DNA of 62,017 nucleotides, the filler included. It is 3 parts of 3 records of this genome, joined end to end, with 100 filler letters (N's around TTAATTAATTAA, not from the genome) between each part and the next. Parts side by side here need not be neighbours in the genome. Positions count along the whole stretch, not along the records: positions 24,009 to 55,674 come from SRR31156797_1249; positions 55,775 to 62,017 come from SRR31156797_1278; 1 more part is not named here. One strand, written 5' to 3'. Under the pieces are notes generated by a model, which saw nothing but the letters and a program-made list of their open reading frames with translations, ran no database searches and was not told the origin of the DNA. How positions within the stretch are numbered: the first letter of the stretch is position 1; each line of letters starts with the position of its first letter. The position numbers and the translations under genes are program-made. This document shows positions 54,477 through 62,017 of this stretch, in pieces.

Positions 54477-55495
54477 GTGTGCGCCAAAGAAAAGATGGGT
54501 ACTGGATTGTAGATTTCAGGGACGAAGGAAAAACTAAAACTCGCTCATTCGGAAAAGGGAAGGAAGGAAAAAGAAAAGCCACAGAGTTTGATCTGAAGGT
54601 CAAGCTTCTAAAAAATCAGGGCAAGCCGATCCCAGTTGCACGGCCGGGAGGAATGTATCTTGATGAACTGTGCCAGCTATGGATCAACTACAAAAAAACA
54701 CAGGGTAGAAAAACGGGCTGGCTGAAAGACTGGATCAGCCTTTTTAACAATCGGTTTGCTCCGGAGCTGACCGACAAGCCTTGCGACATGCTCACGCAAT
54801 CCGACATTACCAATGTCATAGCAAAATACTATAGCGACTCCGCGCAATCCACACGCAACCGCTACACTGGATATCTGAGTGCTATTTTTGAATACGGATA
54901 CGAGAATGATCATATTAAAAGAAATCCCTTGAAGAGCTTGAAAAAAGGGAAAGAAAATTCACGTCAATCAATGCTGACTTTGAAAGATCTACGTAAAATC
55001 CAGAACCATTCACCAGATCATTTAGCGTGGGTTCTTGACGTAGCATGGAACATTCCGGTGCGTCCGGGTAAGGCGGATCTGTTTCCGCTCCGCTTCGATA
55101 ACAATGTCGATTTTTATATGAATACGGTCAAAGCCTACCACACCAAAGTTAATAAATGGTCAAAGATTGAGTGCTCAAAAAAGTTTATGAAAAGACTCTA
55201 TATCGCCAGCCAGACAAACGAAAGCGGGTACCTGATCGAATACAAAGGGGAACCCGTTCAAAATGTTAGCACTGCCCTAAAAAGAGCAGCAGGCCCCAAA
55301 GGCGCAAACCTGCCTTACTCTGTATGCATGACAGATATCAGACATCTCTGGATTACAACCATGATCAACAAGGGAGTGGAACTTTCAACCATTGCCTATC
55401 TGGCCGGAACCAGTGTCCGGATGCTCATAAAAAACTATTACGAACCCCATTCTGCAGAAAGAGCGAAGGCGGCAAAAATGTTACCAGAAATTTAA
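54473..55495 (+). CDS. int: Tyrosine recombinase (integrase)
   Basis: N-terminal arm-binding-like domain, STRNRY, PVRPG, TK, DIRH, C-terminal YY; adjacent to att. Confidence 0.85.
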   Translation: MSVRQRKDGYWIVDFRDEGKTKTRSFGKGKEGKRKATEFDLKVKLLKNQGKPIPVARPGGMYLDELCQLWINYKKTQGRKTGWLKDWISLFNNRFAPELTDKPCDMLTQSDITNVIAKYYSDSAQSTRNRYTGYLSAIFEYGYENDHIKRNPLKSLKKGKENSRQSMLTLKDLRKIQNHSPDHLAWVLDVAWNIPVRPGKADLFPLRFDNNVDFYMNTVKAYHTKVNKWSKIECSKKFMKRLYIASQTNESGYLIEYKGEPVQNVSTALKRAAGPKGANLPYSVCMTDIRHLWITTMINKGVELSTIAYLAGTSVRMLIKNYYEPHSAERAKAAKMLPEI

Positions 55496-55535
55496 CACGT
55501 TTTTGTTAAGCAATGCTGTGCAATCGCCAGAACGC

Positions 55536-55566
55536 AAAAAGCCCGGTCAAACTGACCGGGCTTTTT
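55536..55566. terminator. Terminator after the integrase
   Basis: AAAAAGCCCGGTCA-AAC-TGACCGGGCTTTTT. Confidence 0.85.
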
Positions 55567-55613
55567 CTTTTACGGCATAGCTCAAAACGTACGTAAAAAC
55601 CGCCGTAAAGCAT

Positions 55614-55648
55614 AAAAAAAGGGTTTACGTAAAACCACGTAAGCCCTT
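55614..55648 (-). terminator. Terminator downstream of the tRNA 3' end
   Basis: Minus strand AAGGGCTTACGT-GGTTTT-ACGTAAACCCTTTTTTT. Confidence 0.7.
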
Positions 55649-55674
55649 GAAATATCTGGTGGAGCTGGAGGGAA
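55645..55674. repeat. 30-nt direct repeat of the contig start (24009-24038)
   Basis: CCTTGAAATATCTGGTGGAGCTGGAGGGAA at both ends. Confidence 0.97.
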
Positions 55675-55774
55675 NNNNNNNNNNNNNNNNNNNNNNNNNN
55701 NNNNNNNNNNNNNNNNNNTTAATTAATTAANNNNNNNNNNNNNNNNNNNNNNNNNNNNNNNNNNNNNNNNNNNN
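55675..55774. other. Artificial contig linker
   Basis: N44-TTAATTAATTAA-N44. Confidence 0.97.
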
Positions 55775-55791
55775 GAGGAGGCGATGAGGGT

Positions 55792-57147
55792 ATGTTTAAT
55801 TTTAACCTGCTTCTGGAAGCATTTAGAAAGATGGCCGAATTAAATTACGTCTTTGTATTTATAATATTTTTTTCATTAGCAGTAATTTTATTTACAATAT
55901 TTAAAAAAGGACAATTTGCAGTACATAAAAAGCATGTTCTACTTTTGATTACAATATTACTTGCGACAATAATTGAGATTATATTAGCATCAAAGATTTT
56001 TAAAAATTCTTACATGGCACCTGTGGTTGCAATGTCTGGGATTTTATTCTTTGTAGCCTGGAAACTTTTCATTTCTTTCTTTAAACTAAACAAAAACCTA
56101 ACTCTTGTTTCCATATCATTAATACTAATCCTGCTTAGTTTACCAACTTTTATTGAGGCCAAAAGCATCTCAAAAATAACTCAAAATAGAATTAGTGAGA
56201 GATTAGATATGGCTAGCTTCATTGAAAATAAAATTTTGTCTGAACATTATCTTTTAATTGAACCGACCTGGAAAGCAGGCCCCTCTCCTTTGAACGGTAT
56301 TGTTTATGGACTGAGCTACATCGCTTCCAGATATGAATATGCAGAAAGTCTTATTAAGAAATATCCTAGAGTGTTAACCTACGAAAATGACAACAAACCT
56401 TTTAAACATCTTAGAACAAAGGATGCTAATATTGAAAATATCTTTACAGAAGATAATTCCGTTTATCTAATATCAACTCCAATACGAAAAACTGCTAAGG
56501 TGATGCAAGAGCTTAAAGATCAAGCAGCTTTTGTCAACATGAGAACTCAGTTTGATACAGTTTTTTCAAATGCCAATGATCACATTATAAGAACAAAGTT
56601 TATTCAATTACCAGTTTTAGATTCATTTAAGACCATTACTTTCTTTAATAACATGGAGGATGAAAGAAAAAATTGGAAACAAAATGCAATTACCAACGAT
56701 AATGCTTTCTCTGGCAAATTATCCACAAGAATAAAAAAAGGAAATAAATATAGTTCAGTATGTGAAATTGATTCAGTACATGGCTTTGCAGATGAAATTC
56801 ATACGCTAGAAGTTAGCTGCCAATATTTCCAAAAAAAGACAAATAATTCAAGAATGGTAATTGAATTATTCAATCAAAAGAATGAACGGTTGTGGTATCC
56901 TGTTTTTTGCATGAATTATTTTGAAGATATAAACAAATGGAGTAAATTTTCCTATAAATTATACGTACCAAGAAGCTATAGAACGTCCAAAAAGATAAAT
57001 ATATACTTTTATAATTCGTCAAAAACTCCTGTATATATAGACGATGTTTGTATTACATTAACTTATAAAGAAAAAACAAATCTTTTAACTACTCATTTAA
57101 TTTCAACTAACAAACCTATTTCTACAATAAATATTGATAAAACTTAA
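55792..57147 (+). CDS. Membrane protein with C-terminal carbohydrate-binding-like beta domain (probably 5'-truncated)
   Basis: Several N-terminal TM helices; AFSGK...IYFYN...VYIDD jelly-roll-like end; lies at the contig edge. Confidence 0.6.
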   Translation: MFNFNLLLEAFRKMAELNYVFVFIIFFSLAVILFTIFKKGQFAVHKKHVLLLITILLATIIEIILASKIFKNSYMAPVVAMSGILFFVAWKLFISFFKLNKNLTLVSISLILILLSLPTFIEAKSISKITQNRISERLDMASFIENKILSEHYLLIEPTWKAGPSPLNGIVYGLSYIASRYEYAESLIKKYPRVLTYENDNKPFKHLRTKDANIENIFTEDNSVYLISTPIRKTAKVMQELKDQAAFVNMRTQFDTVFSNANDHIIRTKFIQLPVLDSFKTITFFNNMEDERKNWKQNAITNDNAFSGKLSTRIKKGNKYSSVCEIDSVHGFADEIHTLEVSCQYFQKKTNNSRMVIELFNQKNERLWYPVFCMNYFEDINKWSKFSYKLYVPRSYRTSKKINIYFYNSSKTPVYIDDVCITLTYKEKTNLLTTHLISTNKPISTINIDKT

Positions 57148-57151
57148 TAAG

Positions 57152-59419
57152 ATGAAAAAGAATGCTGTTTCAATTCTAAGCCTTATAGTTCTTGCAATAT
57201 TAGTTTTGTTCATTAACCTAAAACCAGTATTTCAACACCCCAATTCAATTCTGTATTCAAAAGGTGGCGATGCCCAAAAAAGTTATTTCAATTTCGCTTA
57301 CTACCTGAAATTTGATAAAGGAATTAAACACGATGGAATTAACTATCCTTACGGCGACCATTTACAATATATAAATTCACATCCGCTGTATGTGCAAGTA
57401 CATAAGTTTGTTGATAATAACATTTACCCCATTGCCGATCACGGAGTTGCCATCTTAAACCTGAGCATGCTGGCACTTTTGGTTTTGGCCTTGCCCTTTA
57501 TTTTCCTAATCCTGAGGCATTATGCACTCCCTAGATGGTATGCTGGCATTATATCACTAATTCTTTTGTTTTTAAGTCCGCAGTTCGACCGTATACACGG
57601 GCACTTCGAAATGGTTTATGCCGTTTTCTTACCTATGTACTGGTTCTTCCTGATAAAATGGCGCGAAGGGAAAAAACGTGGACTATGGACTACACTACTG
57701 ATATTGGTAGCTTTAGTTGGTGGTTTTACAAGTGCTTATTTTGTGGCGTTTTTTACCATTATGCTTTTAGGTGTTTTATTGGTGGATATCTGGAATCATA
57801 AAAAAAGCCTATCGGAATATTGGAGAACAGGAATCTATTTATTTATCGTTGCAATTATTCCTCTTTTTGCAGTAAAGGGACTTGTTTCTGCTACCGATTG
57901 GGTTTCCGATCGACCAAATAATCCATATGGCTTTTACGTTTATCATGCCAATATTTTTAGCATCTTTTTGCCTTTTGGTTCGCAATTAAAAGGTGTTATT
58001 GGAAACCACATCAACATGGATTTTCAATGGGAAGGCCGTGCTTACGTTGGACTTCCGGCAACTTTACTCGCAACTTCTATGTTTATTGGCGGATTTCATA
58101 ATTTGCTAAGTAAGAATGAGGGAAGCTGGAAAATATTTAAACCAACTCGAAAAATCGAAGTGTTCTTGTATGCTTCAATTCTAGTTCTTTTATTTTCCAT
58201 GTGCATCCCATTTAAATACGGTTTTGACTGGCTATTAACGTTATTACCACCTGTCAAACAATTTCGGGCACTTGGACGCTTTACCTGGATATTCTATTAT
58301 GTATTCACCATTTATTGCGCATGGTTCTTTTATCGATTGTACCGCTTACTTAGACAAAAGCATCTTCATGTAGCGGCTACTATTTTGCTGGTTTTTGTAA
58401 TTGGGTATTGGTCGATAGATGCTGGTGTTAATATTAAACGAAGCACACGAGGATTGTTAAATAATAATGACAAATTTGAAGCTGATGACAGTGAATATCT
58501 TGCTCGTTTTCAGGAGGCTGAAGTTAGTCCCAACGAATTTCAGGCCATTTTCTTTTTACCTTTTGCCAGCACTTGTGGTGATAAGTTGTTATTCGAACAC
58601 AACTTAAATGGTTTTTCTGATGCAATGAAATGTTCGTACCACACAGGGCTTCCACTCATTCAAAGCTTCTCTCCACGTCTTTCGTATTCACAGGCTCTTA
58701 GTAGTATTCAAATGTTAGGTAGTCCTGCTATTCGGAAAACCAGGCTCGACGATATGAATAAAAAACCAATACTATTGGTGTGTACCAAAGAAAAGCTAAA
58801 CGAGCGTGAAATATGGTTGCAAAGCAAAGCCGAAGTCTTTTGGGAAGATAAATACATCACATTATCCCGCTTACCACTTTCCGTTTTCCACGATAGTTAC
58901 AAACAGTGGCATACCAATACGGGTAAAAAAGTTGTCAACCTAAATGGTAGCGGAAAAATTAAATCTGATGCTGCGCTATGCTCAATTATTTTTAATGGAT
59001 TTGAGGATGGAAAAGCAAAAACTATTTTTAGCGGACTTGGTTCTTTTTACGAAAGAAAAGGCCAACATGTGCTATTGGATAAAAAAATCGATAACGAATT
59101 TAACGCTGGGAAATATGAGCTTTCATTTTGGCTTTTTGTAGACAGCCGCAAATTTGATATGCCTAAAGCAGAGCTTAAAGTTTTTGATGAAAACAGCAAT
59201 CAGATTTTCTATAAACGTATGAACACACGCCAGGTACACGATGTTTACAATGGTTGGATAAGAGTAGCAGATTTTGTTGATATCGAGCCGGGGCAAACTT
59301 TACAGCTTCTTATCAAAGATGAATATGTTTCAATAGATAATCTTTTGGTTAAGCCAGCAAGTGCCAATGTCTTTATAAAGACTTCAACACTGGAGTTGTT
59401 CAATAATTACCCACTATAA
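57152..59419 (+). CDS. Polytopic membrane protein, GT-C/YfhO-like
   Basis: GGD, NYPYGD, EGRAYVG, QFRALGRF motifs; many TM helices. Confidence 0.6.
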   Translation: MKKNAVSILSLIVLAILVLFINLKPVFQHPNSILYSKGGDAQKSYFNFAYYLKFDKGIKHDGINYPYGDHLQYINSHPLYVQVHKFVDNNIYPIADHGVAILNLSMLALLVLALPFIFLILRHYALPRWYAGIISLILLFLSPQFDRIHGHFEMVYAVFLPMYWFFLIKWREGKKRGLWTTLLILVALVGGFTSAYFVAFFTIMLLGVLLVDIWNHKKSLSEYWRTGIYLFIVAIIPLFAVKGLVSATDWVSDRPNNPYGFYVYHANIFSIFLPFGSQLKGVIGNHINMDFQWEGRAYVGLPATLLATSMFIGGFHNLLSKNEGSWKIFKPTRKIEVFLYASILVLLFSMCIPFKYGFDWLLTLLPPVKQFRALGRFTWIFYYVFTIYCAWFFYRLYRLLRQKHLHVAATILLVFVIGYWSIDAGVNIKRSTRGLLNNNDKFEADDSEYLARFQEAEVSPNEFQAIFFLPFASTCGDKLLFEHNLNGFSDAMKCSYHTGLPLIQSFSPRLSYSQALSSIQMLGSPAIRKTRLDDMNKKPILLVCTKEKLNEREIWLQSKAEVFWEDKYITLSRLPLSVFHDSYKQWHTNTGKKVVNLNGSGKIKSDAALCSIIFNGFEDGKAKTIFSGLGSFYERKGQHVLLDKKIDNEFNAGKYELSFWLFVDSRKFDMPKAELKVFDENSNQIFYKRMNTRQVHDVYNGWIRVADFVDIEPGQTLQLLIKDEYVSIDNLLVKPASANVFIKTSTLELFNNYPL

Positions 59420-59505
59420 ATAAATCTTGTAGTGCCAAAATTCACCAAAAATCATTTGAAATCTAAAAATTAAATTTCACCTTTAAATTTGCAAAAGGTA
59501 ATTCT

Positions 59506-61722
59506 ATGGCAAAATCGTTGGTAAACACTAATGCTAAATTTGGCACTTTGCCGGTTTTTCTAACGGCACTTTCAACTATTCTTGGAGCTATTCTATTCTT
59601 AAGGTTTGGTTGGGCCGTAGGTCAGGTTGGTTTTCTGGGCGTTATCGGAATCATTGTTTTGGGGCATGTGGTAACCATACCAACCGCTTTTGCAGTAGCC
59701 GAAATTGCGACCAACCAACGGGTGCAAGGTGGCGGTGCCTATTACATCATCAGCCGTTCGTTTGGACTGAATATTGGTGGCGCCATTGGTATTGCACTCT
59801 ACCTGTCGCAAGCCATTAGTGTGGCATTTTATGTGATAGCTTTTGGCGAAGCATTTGAACCGCTAATCGACTGGATTGATAAAACCTATCGTTTTCAGAT
59901 TCCCGACCGACGTTGGATTACTATCCCAACCATGTCTTTACTGTCGATACTCATACTAACCAAAGGTGCAAATGTTGGCATGAAAGCTTTGTACGTTGTT
60001 GTTGCCATACTATTGACATCGATTGTGATGTTTTTTTTAGGCGACTCACCCATTAAACCAGAGCAGGTTGATTTTCACAACACCATAACCGACCACCTCG
60101 ATTTCTTTTTTGTGTTTACCATTATCTTCCCTGCATTTACTGGTTTGGCGGCAGGACTAGGGCTTTCTGGAGATTTAAAAGATCCCAAGAAATCTATTCC
60201 GAAAGGGACACTATGGGCAACCGTTGTGGGTATGTTGGTTTATATTGCCATTGCTTATAAATTTACAATTTCAGCTTCTCCCGAAGATTTAGTGGCCGAT
60301 CAGCTTATTATGCGAAAAATTGCCATATGGGGCCCAATTATCCCCATTGGTCTTGCCGCTGCTTCGCTAAGTTCAGCGTTGGGATCAATTATGGTTGCCC
60401 CACGAACGCTACAGGCCATTGGCTTTGATGATATTTTTCCTCAAAGCAATCTAAACCGCTGGTTTGCAAAAGGTCGTAAAAACGACAACGAACCCATTAA
60501 CGGTTCGCTGATTACTATAATTATTGCATTTGTATTTGTAATCGTGGGTGATGTAAATTTTGTAGCTCAAATTATCTCCATGTTCTTTATGGTAACTTAC
60601 GGAGCGATTTGTTTAATCTCACTCCTCGAACATTTTGCTGCCGATCCTGCTTACCGGCCAACTTTCCGTTCAAGCTGGCACACCTCGCTCATCGGGGCTC
60701 TTTTTTCCTTCTGGCTGATGTTTAAAATGAACGCTTCGTATGCAGCTGTTTCTTTGGTTATTATGGCAATGATTTATTATGCCATTATGCTGAATAACGA
60801 GGAAAACCAAGGACTAAACAAACTATTCAGAGGAGTAATATTCCAACTTAGCCGCCAAATGCAAATTATGTTACAACGTGCCGATAGCGAAAAAGATAAA
60901 AGTTGGCGCCCGTTTGGAGTATGTATTTCACACGATACTTTTAAAAGGCGGTCAGCTTTCGATATCATGCGCTGGATCTCGTACAAATATGGTTTTGGAA
61001 CCTATATTCATTTTATTAAAGGTTTGTTAAATGAGGAAACTACCGAAGAATCAAAGAATGTTCTTGAGCGACTTATTCAACTTTCGGCCGGCAGTAAGAG
61101 CCGGGTTTACCTCGACACAATTATTTCCCCCTCCTATACTTCAGCTATTGCCCAGGTAGTACAACTCTCGGGCATATCAGGCAAAGGGAACAACCTTATC
61201 TTATTTGAATTCTCCAGAACCGATCCGGGTAACTTAAAAGAGATAACGGCTAATTATAAATTGGTTGAATCTGCAGGTTTTGATATCTGTATTTTAAACA
61301 CTTCATACAAAAGTTTCGGCTACAAAAACGAGATTCATATCTGGATCAGTCCGGAAGACTATATGAATGCCAACCTGATGATCTTATTAGGTTATATTAT
61401 TTTAGGGCATCCGGACTGGAAAAAGGCAAAGATTAAGATATTTGCGTTGTACCCCGGCGAATCAATTGAAGAAAAACGCAAACAGCTAATGGAACTGATA
61501 AAAGCAGGTCGACTCCCGATTAGCCCGTCTAATATTTCGATGGTACCTTTCGAAACCGGAGACCGTAAAAAAGCGATATTAAAATACTCTGCCGACGCTG
61601 ATTTAACCATTGTTGGTTTCTCAACGGAAGCACTAAAAGATATTGATGAATTTAGCGAAGGTTATAACGATCTGGGTAACATACTGTTTGTAAGTTCGAA
61701 CCGGGCAAAAGCAATAAACTAG
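59506..61722 (+). CDS. APC-superfamily permease, cation-chloride cotransporter (SLC12-like)
   Basis: ILGAILFLR, GGAYYIISRSFG..IGGAIG, FPAFTG..AG..LSGDLKDPKKSIPKGT, APRTLQA, P.YRPTF; cytoplasmic C-domain. Confidence 0.88.
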   Translation: MAKSLVNTNAKFGTLPVFLTALSTILGAILFLRFGWAVGQVGFLGVIGIIVLGHVVTIPTAFAVAEIATNQRVQGGGAYYIISRSFGLNIGGAIGIALYLSQAISVAFYVIAFGEAFEPLIDWIDKTYRFQIPDRRWITIPTMSLLSILILTKGANVGMKALYVVVAILLTSIVMFFLGDSPIKPEQVDFHNTITDHLDFFFVFTIIFPAFTGLAAGLGLSGDLKDPKKSIPKGTLWATVVGMLVYIAIAYKFTISASPEDLVADQLIMRKIAIWGPIIPIGLAAASLSSALGSIMVAPRTLQAIGFDDIFPQSNLNRWFAKGRKNDNEPINGSLITIIIAFVFVIVGDVNFVAQIISMFFMVTYGAICLISLLEHFAADPAYRPTFRSSWHTSLIGALFSFWLMFKMNASYAAVSLVIMAMIYYAIMLNNEENQGLNKLFRGVIFQLSRQMQIMLQRADSEKDKSWRPFGVCISHDTFKRRSAFDIMRWISYKYGFGTYIHFIKGLLNEETTEESKNVLERLIQLSAGSKSRVYLDTIISPSYTSAIAQVVQLSGISGKGNNLILFEFSRTDPGNLKEITANYKLVESAGFDICILNTSYKSFGYKNEIHIWISPEDYMNANLMILLGYIILGHPDWKKAKIKIFALYPGESIEEKRKQLMELIKAGRLPISPSNISMVPFETGDRKKAILKYSADADLTIVGFSTEALKDIDEFSEGYNDLGNILFVSSNRAKAIN

Positions 61723-61783
61723 ATCAGGCTTGCGTTTTGGTGTTACCTTTTTTAGCTAATTTTGAAGCAATAAATTCTGAAAA

Positions 61784-62017
61784 ATGGAGAAGATAGCCAT
61801 ATTCCCCGGATCATTCGATCCTTTTACAATTGGGCACGAGTCAATTGTAAACCGAGCCATTTCAATGTTCGATAAAATTTACATAATGATTGGGTATAAT
61901 GCCAATAAAGAATCGTTTTTCCCAATTGAGAAACGTTTAAAATGGATCAATCAGGTTTTTAAAGAAGAACAGAAAGTTGAGGTAAGTATACACGAAGGAT
62001 TAACGGTTGATTTTTGT
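61784..62017 (+). CDS. coaD: Phosphopantetheine adenylyltransferase (3'-truncated at the window end; not in the ORF track)
   Basis: MEKIAIFPGSFDPFTIGHESIV...EGLTVDFC. Confidence 0.93.
   Translation, partial: MEKIAIFPGSFDPFTIGHESIVNRAISMFDKIYIMIGYNANKESFFPIEKRLKWINQVFKEEQKVEVSIHEGLTVDFC

Larger units (their letters stand above)
24009..55674. mobile_element. Apparently complete P2/HP1-like temperate myophage (about 31.6 kb)
   Basis: Portal-terminase divergent from scaffold-capsid-M-L-R-S-sheath-tube-lysis-TMP-baseplate-fibre; ogr; integrase; tRNA att core; 30-nt terminal repeat. Confidence 0.95.

Overview
The window is three separate contigs joined by artificial 100-nt linkers (N44-TTAATTAATTAA-N44 at 23909-24008 and 55675-55774), so adjacency across them is not biological. 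(1) 1-23908 is ordinary Desulfovibrionaceae-type chromosome: sigma54 response regulator, rex, the F0 ATP synthase operon with Rex-like boxes, a Lon-like protease, K+ channel plus cNMP protein, rlpA, IHF, a Trx-TrxR fusion, gap, and MocR/LysE. (2) 24009-55674 is an apparently complete ~31.6-kb temperate P2/HP1-like myophage. It has a tRNA-Ala(GGC) 3'-half att core and an exact 30-nt terminal repeat. Its early region is the most interesting part. It contains a P1-C4/P4-CI-like cloverleaf antisense RNA with two complementary targets, one abutting a ribosome-binding site. That RNA heads an operon ending in a primase-helicase, a stand-alone copy of the primase C-terminal domain, and an iteron-rich candidate origin bounded by 38-bp inverted repeats. 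The phage also has five 17-bp operator-like palindromes, a C5-methyltransferase whose motif IX lies in an overlapping reading frame (EcoHK31I-like), and a GGGAAAG -1 frameshift in the tail chaperone. (3) 55775-62017 is an AT-rich, Bacteroidota-looking contig (membrane proteins, cation-chloride cotransporter, partial coaD), probably from another organism. All assignments come from motif reading by eye; no database searches were run.
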